From assembly GCA_934086815.1 (NCBI GenBank), contig CAKOIM010000001.1:78366-142365 (forward strand): DNA of 64,000 nucleotides. The letters run 5' to 3'. Of this stretch, positions 1-10,500 are shown piece after piece. The position numbers and the translations under genes are program-made. Each line of letters starts with the position of its first letter. Within the stretch, counting starts at the first letter, position 1. Below the pieces are notes generated by a model that did not search any database, was not told the DNA's origin, and saw only the letters and a list, made by a program, of their open reading frames with translations. The stretch is from an uncultured Bacilli bacterium. Lineage in GTDB: Bacteria; Bacillota_I; Bacilli_A; RF39; UBA660.

Positions 1-1
1 T

Positions 2-1978
2 GATGGTATAAATTTACAAGAAAAAGCTGCATCTATAGCAACGGTAGAAAAAACTTTATATGCAAGTCGTGGTAGTATATATGATGTTAATGGGGAAGAA
101 TTAGCAGGGACAATTAATTCTTATACTGTAATAGCTTATTTAAAATCTAATAAAACGAATGTTACAGATAAAGAAAAAACCGCGGAATTATTAGCCCCCT
201 TAATAAATATGACGAAAGAAAAAATATTAGAGTTATTAAATAAAGATTTATATCAAGTTGAATTAAGACCTGGGGGATATCGTATATCTGAAGTAACTAA
301 AGCCAAAATTGAAAAGCTCGAACTACCAGGAATAGATTTTATTAGTAATTCAAAAAAGAGGTATTACAGCAAATCAACATTTGCTTCATATATAGTTGGT
401 TATGCTAAAGAAAATGATGGTGTTTTACAAGGAGAATTGGGCGTAGAGGGTTATTATGATGATTTACTATCAGGTACTAATGGATATACTAAGTATTTGA
501 AATATACATCAAGTAACTATCAAATACCTAATACTCCGGAAGATACTAAAAAAGCTCAAAATGGTTCGGATATATATTTAACTATAGATAGTAATGTTCA
601 ACTTATAGCTGAAAAAGCAGTATCTAATATGAAAGAAAAATTTAATGTTGATTGGGCTGTATTTTCAGTGATGGATGCTAATACTGGGGCAATCGTTGCA
701 AGTGCGACTAATCCTAATTTTAATCCTAATGATACAAATACTATAACTAGTTATATGAATCCTTTAGTAAGTTATCAATATGAACCGGGATCAGTTATGA
801 AAATATTTTCGTTTGCATCAGCTATTGAAGATGGATTTTATGAAGGGGAGAAAACATTTCAATCTGGATCTTATACTTTACAAGATGGAACGGTAATTAG
901 GGATGCTGATAGAAAAGGATGGGGAACAATATCTTTTGATACAGGTTTTGCTTATTCATCAAATGTTGCCGCAACAATTTTAGGGTTAAATTTAGGGGTT
1001 GAAAAATTAACAGATTATTATACTAATTTAGGTTTTGGAGGAAAAACAGGAATAGAACTTGCTAATGAAGTCGATGGAAAAATTAATTTTCTACGAGAAT
1101 CAGAGCTTTCTAATGCATCATTTGGTCAAGGTATAAGTGTAACACCTATTCAAATACTAGAAGCTTTAAGTTCGATGACTAATAATGGGACAACGATAAA
1201 ACCATATATAGTTGATAAAATAGTAGATCAAGATAACAATGTTACATATGAGGGAAAAAGACAGGTTGTAAATAAAGTTTTTAGTAAAAAGACTACGGAA
1301 AAAATGCATGAATTGATGCAAAAAGTTATATATGAAGGTTTATCAAAGGTGTGGGTAACTGAAAATGTTCGTATTATGGGAAAAACGGGTACTGCTCAAA
1401 TTGCCTCACCTAAGGGTGGATATTTAAATGGTGAATATGACTATATAAAATCTTTTGCAGGAATATTTCCTGTTGATAATCCTAAATATATTGTCTATGT
1501 AGCAGGTAAAAAACCAGAAACTAATTTATCTAGTTGGGCAAAGGTTATTACTACTGCTATCGAAGAGATTGCAAGTTACGCTAAATTAACTGATAATGTT
1601 TCAAATAAAGAAAATGAAAAAATAATAACATTAAATAATTATCTAAGTAAACTTACAGATGATTCTATAAGTGATATAGAAAATAAAAAATTAAAACCTA
1701 TCGTAATTGGAGAGGGTAAATATGTTATAAATCAATATCCATTAAAAAATAATGAAGTATTATCAGGAAGTAAAGTTTTTATAGTAACTAATTCGCAAGA
1801 TATTACAATGCCTAATATGATTGGCTGGAGCTTAAATGATGTTAAAACTTTTGCTTCATTAATTGGTTTAAAACTTGAATATAATGGCTATGGTTATGTA
1901 ATTAGTCAAAGTATAGGCGAGGGTGAAAAACTAGATTTAACTAACATGACTTTAAATATAGAATTACAAAAAAAATAA
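2..1978 (+). CDS. Class B penicillin-binding protein (FtsI/PBP2B-type transpeptidase with C-terminal PASTA-like repeats); 5' end lies outside the window
   Basis: Frame is open from base 2 (DGINLQEKAAS...), upstream of the ATG at 209 used by the ORF track. SxxK in YEPGSVMK, SxN in FAYSSN, KTG in MGKTGTAQ. PASTA-like C-terminus (MPNMIGWSLNDVKTFASLIGLKLEYNG). Confidence 0.85.
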   Translation, partial: DGINLQEKAASIATVEKTLYASRGSIYDVNGEELAGTINSYTVIAYLKSNKTNVTDKEKTAELLAPLINMTKEKILELLNKDLYQVELRPGGYRISEVTKAKIEKLELPGIDFISNSKKRYYSKSTFASYIVGYAKENDGVLQGELGVEGYYDDLLSGTNGYTKYLKYTSSNYQIPNTPEDTKKAQNGSDIYLTIDSNVQLIAEKAVSNMKEKFNVDWAVFSVMDANTGAIVASATNPNFNPNDTNTITSYMNPLVSYQYEPGSVMKIFSFASAIEDGFYEGEKTFQSGSYTLQDGTVIRDADRKGWGTISFDTGFAYSSNVAATILGLNLGVEKLTDYYTNLGFGGKTGIELANEVDGKINFLRESELSNASFGQGISVTPIQILEALSSMTNNGTTIKPYIVDKIVDQDNNVTYEGKRQVVNKVFSKKTTEKMHELMQKVIYEGLSKVWVTENVRIMGKTGTAQIASPKGGYLNGEYDYIKSFAGIFPVDNPKYIVYVAGKKPETNLSSWAKVITTAIEEIASYAKLTDNVSNKENEKIITLNNYLSKLTDDSISDIENKKLKPIVIGEGKYVINQYPLKNNEVLSGSKVFIVTNSQDITMPNMIGWSLNDVKTFASLIGLKLEYNGYGYVISQSIGEGEKLDLTNMTLNIELQKK

Positions 1979-2002
1979 CTGCATTAATTATGCAGCTTTT
2001 TT
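1979..2002. terminator. Bidirectional rho-independent terminator shared by the PBP gene and rpmB
   Basis: Hairpin CTGCAT-taatt-ATGCAG (1979-1995) followed by a T-run on the + strand and an A-run upstream (a T-run on the - strand). Overlaps the last codons of rpmB. Confidence 0.6.
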
Positions 2003-2158
2003 ATTTATTGTTCTTGCTTCTCTAGCACTAATAATTACTTTTTCTCCATTAATAGTCTTTTTTTGTAAGTTTGGTTTTTGTTTCATTTTAGTAGCATTTA
2101 AAGCATGTGATCTTCTATTACCAGTTAAAGGTTTTTTAGTAGTTACTTTTGTAGCCAT
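1988..2158 (-). CDS. rpmB: 50S ribosomal protein L28 (56 aa; below the ORF-track length cutoff)
   Basis: Manual translation of the - strand: MATKVTTKKPLTGNRRSHALNATKMKQKPNLQKKTINGEKVIISAREARTINKKAA. It carries the L28 signature GNxxSHAxNxTK...PNLQ. GGAG RBS (rc of 2163-2166) precedes the ATG. Confidence 0.85.
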   Translation of the reverse strand: MATKVTTKKPLTGNRRSHALNATKMKQKPNLQKKTINGEKVIISAREARTINKKAA

Positions 2159-2185
2159 TTTCTCACTCCTTTTCGTTACTTACTA

Positions 2186-2214
2186 ATTTTAACAATATAT
2201 TCTATTTTTGTCAA
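2186..2214 (-). promoter_or_regulatory. Candidate sigma-A promoter for rpmB
   Basis: On the - strand: TTGACA (rc of 2209-2214), 17-nt spacer, TAAAAT (rc of 2186-2191). Confidence 0.5.
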
Positions 2215-2258
2215 ACAATATTATGCATTATGCTAGAAAATTTATAATGATTTAGTAT

Positions 2259-2312
2259 CTCTTTGACAACCACACTGAAAAATGGTATAATTTCAGTGTG
2301 GTTGTCAAAGAG
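2259..2312 (+). promoter_or_regulatory. abiE promoter embedded in a perfect 22-bp inverted repeat (candidate AbiEi operator)
   Basis: CTCTTTGACAACCACACTGAAA (2259-2280) and its exact reverse complement (2291-2312) are separated by 10 nt. TTGACA lies at 2264-2269; extended -10 TGGTATAAT at 2283-2291; 16-nt spacer. Confidence 0.7.
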
Positions 2313-2323
2313 AAGGGATTGAG

Positions 2324-3121
2324 ATGAAAAAGGAAGATAAGATTAATTACAATGTAGATAGTGTGATTCTTAAAAATTATGTAGAAACAATTAATTCAAT
2401 TAAAGACCCTATGAATCAAATTAAGAGTCAACTATTAAAGTCTAAGCATAAGCAGTTAAATAGTATTAACGAAATGTCTAATGCTATAAAAAAACTAATA
2501 ATTAAATATCCAAATGAACAATCCAAGATATATATTGATGTTATAAAACAAATAATGATTATCAATAATGGGATGATTTCGACGAGAATGATAGAGCCAT
2601 TAAATATAAGTAGACAATATCTTTCAATTATGGAAAATAATCATGATATTGAAAAGATTTCAAGAGGACTTTATCTTTCTCCAAGCACTTTTGAAGATAG
2701 CTATTTTTCTTTTCAACAAAAATATAAAAAAGCTATTTTTTCACATATGAATGCATTATATTTTTATGGTATGACTGAAGAATTTCCATACAATTATACC
2801 GTAACTGTTCCTCAAAGTTATCATACTAATGTTGTAAATGAAAAATGCAATGTATTTTATGTTTCAGATGATATATATGAAATGGGAGTAGTTGAAATAG
2901 AAACGCCAAACGGAAATAAAATAAGGACATATGATATAGAAAGATGTATTTGTGATATTATAAGATCAAAAAATAGAATGGATTTAGAACAAGTTAAAAA
3001 GACCATTAAACAATATATAAAATCTCGTGATAAAGATATTGCAAAATTATCTAAATATTCAAAAAAGATGGGAATAAACGATAAAGTAATGACAATGGTA
3101 GAGGGAGCATATTATGAATAA
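2324..3121 (+). CDS. abiEi: AbiEi-family antitoxin / transcriptional regulator (type IV TA, abortive infection AbiE)
   Basis: wHTH-like GMISTRMIEPLNISRQYLSIMENNHDIEKISRGLYL, then a C-terminal AbiEi-like block (FSHMNALYFYGMTEEFPYNYTVTVP). Overlaps the downstream toxin gene by 8 nt. Carries an unusual ~70-aa N-terminal extension. Confidence 0.7.
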   Translation: MKKEDKINYNVDSVILKNYVETINSIKDPMNQIKSQLLKSKHKQLNSINEMSNAIKKLIIKYPNEQSKIYIDVIKQIMIINNGMISTRMIEPLNISRQYLSIMENNHDIEKISRGLYLSPSTFEDSYFSFQQKYKKAIFSHMNALYFYGMTEEFPYNYTVTVPQSYHTNVVNEKCNVFYVSDDIYEMGVVEIETPNGNKIRTYDIERCICDIIRSKNRMDLEQVKKTIKQYIKSRDKDIAKLSKYSKKMGINDKVMTMVEGAYYE

Positions 3122-3941
3122 TTCAGCACAATCAATTAAAGACAAACTTAAAAATATTTCCAAAAATAAAAATGTGGATTTTAACTCAGTTATGAGATTT
3201 TATATGTATGATAGATTTGTTGAACGTTTATCCAAAAGCAAATACAAGGATAATTTCATCTTAAAAGGTGGATTTTATTTAAGTAATTTATTTGGCCTTG
3301 ATAATAGAAGTACTATGGATATAGACACGGCAATAAGAAAAACAGAATTTAATGAAGAAAATCTTATTAAAATGGTAAAAGAAATTATTGATATAGATTT
3401 AGATGATAATGTAAAATTTAAAATTGAAAAAATTGAACCAATTCGTGATGAAGATGAATATGGTGGATTAAGAATTACAATTAACTTTATGTTAGAAAAT
3501 ATTAAAGATAAATTTCATATTGATTTAGCAACAGGAGATCCAATATATCCTGGACCAGATGATTATAAATATGAATCTTTGATTGAAAATGAAATTTATA
3601 AAGTCTGGGCATATAATCTTGAAACTGTTCTTGCTGAAAAAATAGAAACAATTCTTAGTAAACTTGAAACTAGTAGTAGAATGAAAGATTATTATGATAT
3701 TTATTTAATATATAAATTTAAATTTGATAAAATAAATAAAGACAAATTTAAGGGAGCTATTGAAAGGACTTTTAGAAAAAGAAAATTTAATGATAATTTA
3801 ATTAGAAATTTAAATATTGTTAAAGAAAGTAGTATATTAAAAAATAAATGGTTAAGTTATTCAAGAAAAAATAGTTATGCTAGAAAAATTGAATTTGAAG
3901 AAACTTTAAAATGTTTAGAACAATTTGTTAATATAATATAA
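3114..3941 (+). CDS. abiEii: AbiEii/AbiGii-family nucleotidyltransferase toxin (DUF1814)
   Basis: Family-typical N-terminus: IKDKLKNISKNKNVDFNSVMRFYMYDRFVERLSKSKYKDNFILKGGFYL...RSTMDIDTA. Coupled to the AbiEi gene. Confidence 0.8.
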   Translation: MNNSAQSIKDKLKNISKNKNVDFNSVMRFYMYDRFVERLSKSKYKDNFILKGGFYLSNLFGLDNRSTMDIDTAIRKTEFNEENLIKMVKEIIDIDLDDNVKFKIEKIEPIRDEDEYGGLRITINFMLENIKDKFHIDLATGDPIYPGPDDYKYESLIENEIYKVWAYNLETVLAEKIETILSKLETSSRMKDYYDIYLIYKFKFDKINKDKFKGAIERTFRKRKFNDNLIRNLNIVKESSILKNKWLSYSRKNSYARKIEFEETLKCLEQFVNII

Positions 3942-3954
3942 GTGGCAATAGTGC

Positions 3955-3982
3955 AAAAAGCAAGAGGGTACTCTTGTTTTTG
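3955..3982. terminator. Bidirectional terminator between convergent genes
   Basis: CAAGAG-ggta-CTCTTG hairpin (3961-3976) with an A-run before and a T-run after. Confidence 0.55.
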
Positions 3983-3984
3983 TA

Positions 3985-4626
3985 CTATTTTAATTTTAAA
4001 TTTGGAAATCTATCTTTAACTTTCCAGTTAGGGTAATTTTTATCAAGCCATTTATCTATGTTAGTCGAAGCTTTAACAATTTTATGTCTTTTAGTATATC
4101 TATTAATAATTAAGGAAGTGTATCCAATATCAATGATTAAAAGAACTAGTAAGAAAATAGTTATGATTTTAAAATTGTAGTTATAAGCTTTGTTAAATAT
4201 TTTAAGATATATATTTAGACCATATTTAATCCAAAGGGCTGAAAGTAAGCCCCATACTAAACAGTAAGGCGGATATATTTTGCCTCCAATATTAAATTTC
4301 ATGTTTTTATAATTCCATGTATAAATGCTAAAAAATTTATCTTGAAAAACATAAGCAATATATTCAAATGTAGAACCAATTATTATTCCTAAAATTAAGA
4401 TAAGTAAAAAATTATTGTCTTGGAACTTATATAGTAAAAGGGTACTTAGTATTAAACCAATACCGTATATTGGTTTAAATGGACCAAACCAAAGACCGGG
4501 TTTATTCATAAGTTTTCCATTCATGAGAAAATGTGCAGTTACTTCAAAAATATAACCGAAGAAAGAACCAATTATAAATAACCATACAATGTGATATATA
4601 ATGTGGGATTTCATAGACTTCACCAT
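3985..4626 (-). CDS. Polytopic membrane protein, possibly DUF1113 / 'putative ABC-transporter type IV' family
   Basis: Several hydrophobic segments. Motifs IIGSFFGYIFEV and PIYGIGL resemble that family from memory. Confidence 0.45.
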   Translation of the reverse strand: MVKSMKSHIIYHIVWLFIIGSFFGYIFEVTAHFLMNGKLMNKPGLWFGPFKPIYGIGLILSTLLLYKFQDNNFLLILILGIIIGSTFEYIAYVFQDKFFSIYTWNYKNMKFNIGGKIYPPYCLVWGLLSALWIKYGLNIYLKIFNKAYNYNFKIITIFLLVLLIIDIGYTSLIINRYTKRHKIVKASTNIDKWLDKNYPNWKVKDRFPNLKLK

Positions 4627-4714
4627 TTATATTATGACCTAAAAATAAATAAATATTATATTAAACTAATGACATTTAGAAAGATATTTGATACACTTAA
4701 ATTGAGGAGAAGTT

Positions 4715-7540
4715 ATGTACGTACCACTAAAAATTACAACTGATTATAGTCTTTTAAATAGTTTAATTAAGATTAATGACTTAATTGATTTTTTAGTTAA
4801 AAAAAATATTTATGCATGTGGTATATGTGATGATAATCTAGGCGGAGTTTTAGAGTTTTATTTTGCCTGTAAAAAAAATAATATTAAACCTATAATTGGT
4901 TTAAATATTAAAGTTTTAGATAAAGATATTTATTTGTATGCTAAAAATTATACTGGTTATCAAAATTTAATAAAGGTTAATGAAAATACTGAAATAACCT
5001 TGGATGATTTATTAAATTTAGACAATATAATAATTATTTTGCCTAAAGCTTCGTGGGAATACTATAAAATATTAAGGATAAAGGAAGATGTATATTTAGG
5101 TTATCAAAGTCCAGTAGAACTTGAACGGATAAAGAATATTAATAAAAGAGTTTATATTAAAAATATTAAGTGTTTAAATGCTAATGATAATAAGTATTTA
5201 AAATATTTATGTATGTTAAAGCATGATAATACTTATGAAGATGACTTTGCTTATATAGATACAAATATTAATTTGGGATGTTTAGAAAAGATAGTTAATG
5301 ATATAAATATTGAAATAAAAAGACAAGATGATATACCCGTATTTCATGAAAATTCTAAAGAATTTTTAAGAACACTTGCCTATAAAGGTTTAACTAAAAG
5401 GCTTAATAATAAATTAACTCAAAAGTATATTGATAGATTAGAACATGAACTTAGTGTAATTGAAAAAATGGGTTATGTAGATTATTTTTTAATTGTCTAT
5501 GATTATGTTTTATATGCTAAAAAGAATAATATTTTAGTTGGCCCAGGAAGAGGATCTGCGGCCGGGGCTTTACTTAGTTATGCAATTGGTATAACTGAAA
5601 TAGATCCTTTAAAGTATGATTTATTATTTGAAAGATTTTTAAATCCGGATCGGGTAAGTATGCCTGATATTGATATTGACTTTGAAGATACCAAAAGAGA
5701 AGAAGTTATTAATTATGTACGAGAAAAATATGGTTTTGATCACGTTGCTTTAGGACGAACATTTAGTACATTTAAAAGTAAACTTATTTTAAGAGAGTTA
5801 GCTAAGGTTTTAAAAATTAATCCAGATTTAATTGATTCATTTTTAAAAAATATAAGTTCTAGTTTAAGTTTAAAAGATAATTTAAAAAATGAAGTAGTAA
5901 GTAAATATATAAATAATTATAAAGAATTAAAAAAATTATATAGTATAGCAATTCACTTAGAGGGATTAAAGAAAAATACTTCGGTGCATGCGGCCGGAGT
6001 TGTCATATCTAAATATAGTCTTAATACTTTAATTCCTGTAAGTAAACATAATGATGAAATAATAACCGGAGTTCCTTTGGATAATTTAGAAAACTTGGGT
6101 ATTTTGAAAATGGACTTTTTAGCCCTTCGAAATTTAACTTTAATTCATAAAGTCCTAGATTTAATAGGAAAAGTAAATCTTAATAATATAGATTTTAATG
6201 ATAAACAAGTTTTAAATCTTTTTGCCGAAGGGAAAACTGAGGGAATATTTCAATTTGAAACACCACTTTTAAAAAACTTAGCCAAAAGATTAAAACCAGA
6301 TTGTTTCAATGACTTAGTAGCTTTGTTAGCCTTAGGTAGACCGGGCCCAATAGTATTTGCTGATACGTTTATTAAAAGAAAACAAAAAATAGAAAAAGTT
6401 ACGTATTTAGATAATTCTTTAGAAAATATATTAAAAGATACATATGGAATTATTTTATATCAAGAACAAATAATGAATATATTAAAAGATATCGCTGGTT
6501 ATAGTTATGCTGAGGCCGATATAATAAGAAGAGCAATTTCTAAGAAAAAGGAAATTGTTATTTCAAAAAATAAAGAAGAATTTTTAAGAAAGGCTCTAAG
6601 TCGTGGCAAAAGTAGGGATATAGCTAATAAGATATATGATGATATAGCTAGGTTTGCAAGTTTTGGTTTTAATAAATCTCATTCGGTATCTTATGCTTAT
6701 TTAGCGTATCAAATGGCTTATTTAAAATGCTATTATCCAAAAGAATTTATAATTGTTATGTTAAATGAGAATGTAAGTCAAGATAACTACAATCTTTATA
6801 TCAATTATTTAAAAAGTAAAAATATAAAAGTCTTAAAACCAGATATTAATTATAGTGAGAAAGATTTTTCAATAAAAAATAATAATTTAATAATGCCTTT
6901 ATGGAAAATTAAAAATATATCTAAAAATATAGCAGATAATATTGTTTTAAATAAAGAGCAAAAGTATTCTGATTTTTTTGAGTTTGTAAGTATAACAAAA
7001 GATTTTACAAATAAAGTTATTTTAGAAAACTTAATTAAAGCCGGAGCTTTTAATTCTTTAAAGGTAAATGAAAGAACCTTAATGGAAAACTTAGATCAGG
7101 CTCTTAATTATGCTGAACTTGATGAGGGAATGGGATTTATAAAAAAACCTGTTTTGATTGAATATCCAGAGTATGATAAAACTATTTTAAGAAATAATGA
7201 ATTATCTAGTTTTGGTTTTTATGTTAGTAATCATCCAGTCTTAGCATATTATAAAAAAGATTATGTTAAATTAGTTGATATTGAAAAAAAATTATTTAAA
7301 CGAATTAAAGTTTTAGTTTATATAGAAAATATTAAAAATATTAAAACAAAGAAAAATGAAGATATGGCTTTTATAAAAGCTAGTGATGAAACTAGTGTTT
7401 TTGAATTTAATGTATTTAGTAATAAATATTATCTTCTTAAAGATTTAAAGATTTATGATATAGTAGAGTTGTATGGTGAAGTTTCTAAATATTATGATAA
7501 AATAACTTTTAAAGTTAATGACATTAGGAAGGTGGGTTAA
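4715..7540 (+). CDS. dnaE: DNA polymerase III alpha subunit, DnaE-type
   Basis: PHP N-terminus, GPGRGSAAGALLSYAIGIT, MPDIDIDFE, GLKKNTSVHAAGVVIS, FNKSHSVSYA, and a C-terminal OB-like segment. Confidence 0.9.
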   Translation: MYVPLKITTDYSLLNSLIKINDLIDFLVKKNIYACGICDDNLGGVLEFYFACKKNNIKPIIGLNIKVLDKDIYLYAKNYTGYQNLIKVNENTEITLDDLLNLDNIIIILPKASWEYYKILRIKEDVYLGYQSPVELERIKNINKRVYIKNIKCLNANDNKYLKYLCMLKHDNTYEDDFAYIDTNINLGCLEKIVNDINIEIKRQDDIPVFHENSKEFLRTLAYKGLTKRLNNKLTQKYIDRLEHELSVIEKMGYVDYFLIVYDYVLYAKKNNILVGPGRGSAAGALLSYAIGITEIDPLKYDLLFERFLNPDRVSMPDIDIDFEDTKREEVINYVREKYGFDHVALGRTFSTFKSKLILRELAKVLKINPDLIDSFLKNISSSLSLKDNLKNEVVSKYINNYKELKKLYSIAIHLEGLKKNTSVHAAGVVISKYSLNTLIPVSKHNDEIITGVPLDNLENLGILKMDFLALRNLTLIHKVLDLIGKVNLNNIDFNDKQVLNLFAEGKTEGIFQFETPLLKNLAKRLKPDCFNDLVALLALGRPGPIVFADTFIKRKQKIEKVTYLDNSLENILKDTYGIILYQEQIMNILKDIAGYSYAEADIIRRAISKKKEIVISKNKEEFLRKALSRGKSRDIANKIYDDIARFASFGFNKSHSVSYAYLAYQMAYLKCYYPKEFIIVMLNENVSQDNYNLYINYLKSKNIKVLKPDINYSEKDFSIKNNNLIMPLWKIKNISKNIADNIVLNKEQKYSDFFEFVSITKDFTNKVILENLIKAGAFNSLKVNERTLMENLDQALNYAELDEGMGFIKKPVLIEYPEYDKTILRNNELSSFGFYVSNHPVLAYYKKDYVKLVDIEKKLFKRIKVLVYIENIKNIKTKKNEDMAFIKASDETSVFEFNVFSNKYYLLKDLKIYDIVELYGEVSKYYDKITFKVNDIRKVG

Positions 7541-10500
7541 ATGAAAGATGATGTAAAAAGATTTTTAACAAGTATTAATTGTGTTGATGATGCATTTAAT
7601 GAAATTTCTTTAGATAAAGTAGTTTTAAAAAAACAAGAAAATAAATTTATAGTCTATTTAAAGAGTGAAAATGCTTTAGAAATAGAAGATGCTAATAAAC
7701 TTTTTTTAAGTGCTTTAAATGGAATAAATGGTGTTAATAAATGCGAAATTGTTTTAACGTATAAACAAGTTTCTGAAAGTGTAGTTATTAATTATTTGAA
7801 TTACTTAATTGATGAAATAATTATAAGAAGACCAAGTTTAATTAGTATAAAGAAAAGTAAAATAGAAATAAATAATAATATCATAACTTTTTATGTATTA
7901 AATGATTTTGAAAAAAATGATTTATTGAATGAATGTAATAATTTAATAAATCAATTAAAAAGATATGGCTTGGGTGAATTTAATGTTGATATTTTAATAA
8001 GTTTAGATGAACAAAAAAGTTTACAAGAAGAAATTATACATGAAAAAGAAAGTGTTAATATAAAAAAAGAAGAAAGTAAAATAATATTGGGTTCACATAA
8101 AGATGGTGATGTTACACAACTAAATAATATTTTAGGGGAAGTTAAAAATATTATTGTGGAAGTTTATATATTTCAAAAAGAAGTTATTGAAAGACAAGGG
8201 AAAAAAGGACCAATATTTATAATTAATTTAAAAGTAAGTGATAAAACAGATAGTTATTTAATGAAAATAGTTAGGTTTAATGAAGAAGAATTTATTGGTA
8301 TTAATAAAAAATTAAATGTTGGTTCTTGGTATAGAGTTCATGGACATATAATGATGGATCAATACTTAAAACAAATGATTATTGATGCAAGAAATATAGA
8401 AATAATAGATTCTAAAGATGAAGTAATAAAAGATGAAGAAGAAAATAAAAGAGTAGAATTACATGCTCATAGTATGATGAGTATGATGGATGGGGTTATA
8501 TCTGCATCTGATTTAGTTAAGTTTGCATCGAAGTTAGGTCATAGGGCTTTAGCTATTACAGATCATAATGTTTTACAAGCTTATCCGGATATTTATAATC
8601 AAGTTAATAAAATTAATAAAGGAAAAGAGGATAAAGATAAGTTTAAAGCTTTGTATGGGGCAGAATTAAATGTTGTAGATATTGAAGCTAATATTGTTTT
8701 TTCTAATAAAGAATTTAAATTGTTTGATCAAGAATATGTTGTATTTGATACGGAAACAACAGGACTTAATAGTGGAATTGACCAAATGATAGAAATTGGG
8801 GCTGTAAAGGTTAAAAATAATGAAATAATAGCTAGGTTTGATGAACTTATATCGTGCAATAAACCTTTGCCTAAGATTATAACGGAACTTACTAATATTA
8901 GTGATGATATGTTAGAGGGAAAAGATAATGAAGAAATTGTTACGAAAAGATTTTTAGAGTTTGTTGGTGATTTGCCATTAGTTGCTCACAATGCAGAGTT
9001 TGATATATCATTTATTAAAAGTGCTTGTAAAAAATATAATTTAGGTGAATTTAATAATACGGTAATAGATACGATGGGCCTTGCTCGTAATATGTATCCG
9101 GATTGGCGTAATCATAAGTTATCTACTTTAGTTAAAAATTTAAAAGTAGAATGGGATGAAGATAAACACCATAGAGCAGATTATGATAGTGAGGGAACAA
9201 GTAAATGTTTTTATCAAATGCTTTATGAATTAAGAGAACAAAATATTCATACTACAATAGATTTAGAAAAACTTGCTGATAAAGAAAATGCTATAAAGTT
9301 TGCAAGACCTTTTCATTTAACTGTTATTGCTAAAAATGCTATTGGTTTAAAAAACTTGTTTAAAATAATTAGTTTAGCAAATACAAAATATTTATATAAG
9401 GGTAAAGAACCTAAAATACCAAGAAGTGATTTAATGTCTTTAAGAGAAGGCCTTATTATTGGTAGTGGTTGTACAAATGGAGAAGTATTTGAAAAAGCCT
9501 ATGGAATGCTTGATGATGAATTATATGATTTAATGAATTTTTATGATTATATTGAAGTTAATCCGGTTAATTGTGCAACTCATTTAATTGGTGATAATAA
9601 AAAGTTTCATAATATTTTAGAATATAATGGGTATGTTTCAAGGTTAGTTAAGACTGCTAAAAAAATGGGGAAATTAGTCGTAGCTTCTGGGGATGTTCAT
9701 AATTTAAGACCCGATGATTTAATTTATCGTAAAGTTATAATTCATCAAAAAACTAATGGTAAATTACACCCTTTAAATCGAAAAGATATTGAAATACCTA
9801 ATATGTATTTTATGACAACTAAAGAAATGCTAGATGCTTTTAGTTTTTTAGGTGATGAATTAGCCAAAGAAATAGTAGTTACTAATCCGAATGCTATCGC
9901 AAATACGGTTGATCATTTACAAATTATTCGAGATAAATTATATACTCCAGTATTAGAAAACTCTGAAGAAATTACAAAAGAAATGGTTTATAATAAAGCT
10001 CATGAAATATATGGAAGTGTTTTACCTAAGATAATTGAAGAAAGGCTTGAAGCAGAACTTGCTGGTATAATTGGTGGGGGATATGATGTTATTTATTTAA
10101 TCGCTGAAAAATTAGTTAAAAAGAGTAATGAAGATGGTTACTTTGTTGGTTCTCGTGGTTCGGTTGGTTCAAGTCTAGTCGCAACAATGATGGGTATTAC
10201 CGAGGTAAATGGATTACCACCTCACTATGTATGTCCAAGTTGTAAAAAATCATATTTTGAAGATGAATCAGGTGAAACATTAGCTAATCTTTATCCAAGT
10301 GGCTATGATATGCCCGATAGAAAATGTGTTTGTGGTACAAAATTAAAAAAAGAAGGACAAGATATGCCCTTTGCAACATTCCTTGGATTTAAAGCTGAAA
10401 AAGTACCAGATATAGATTTAAACTTTTCCGGAGATAATCAAGCTGATGCTCATAATCACGTTAAAGTATTATTTGGAGAAGATCATGCTTATCGTGCCGG

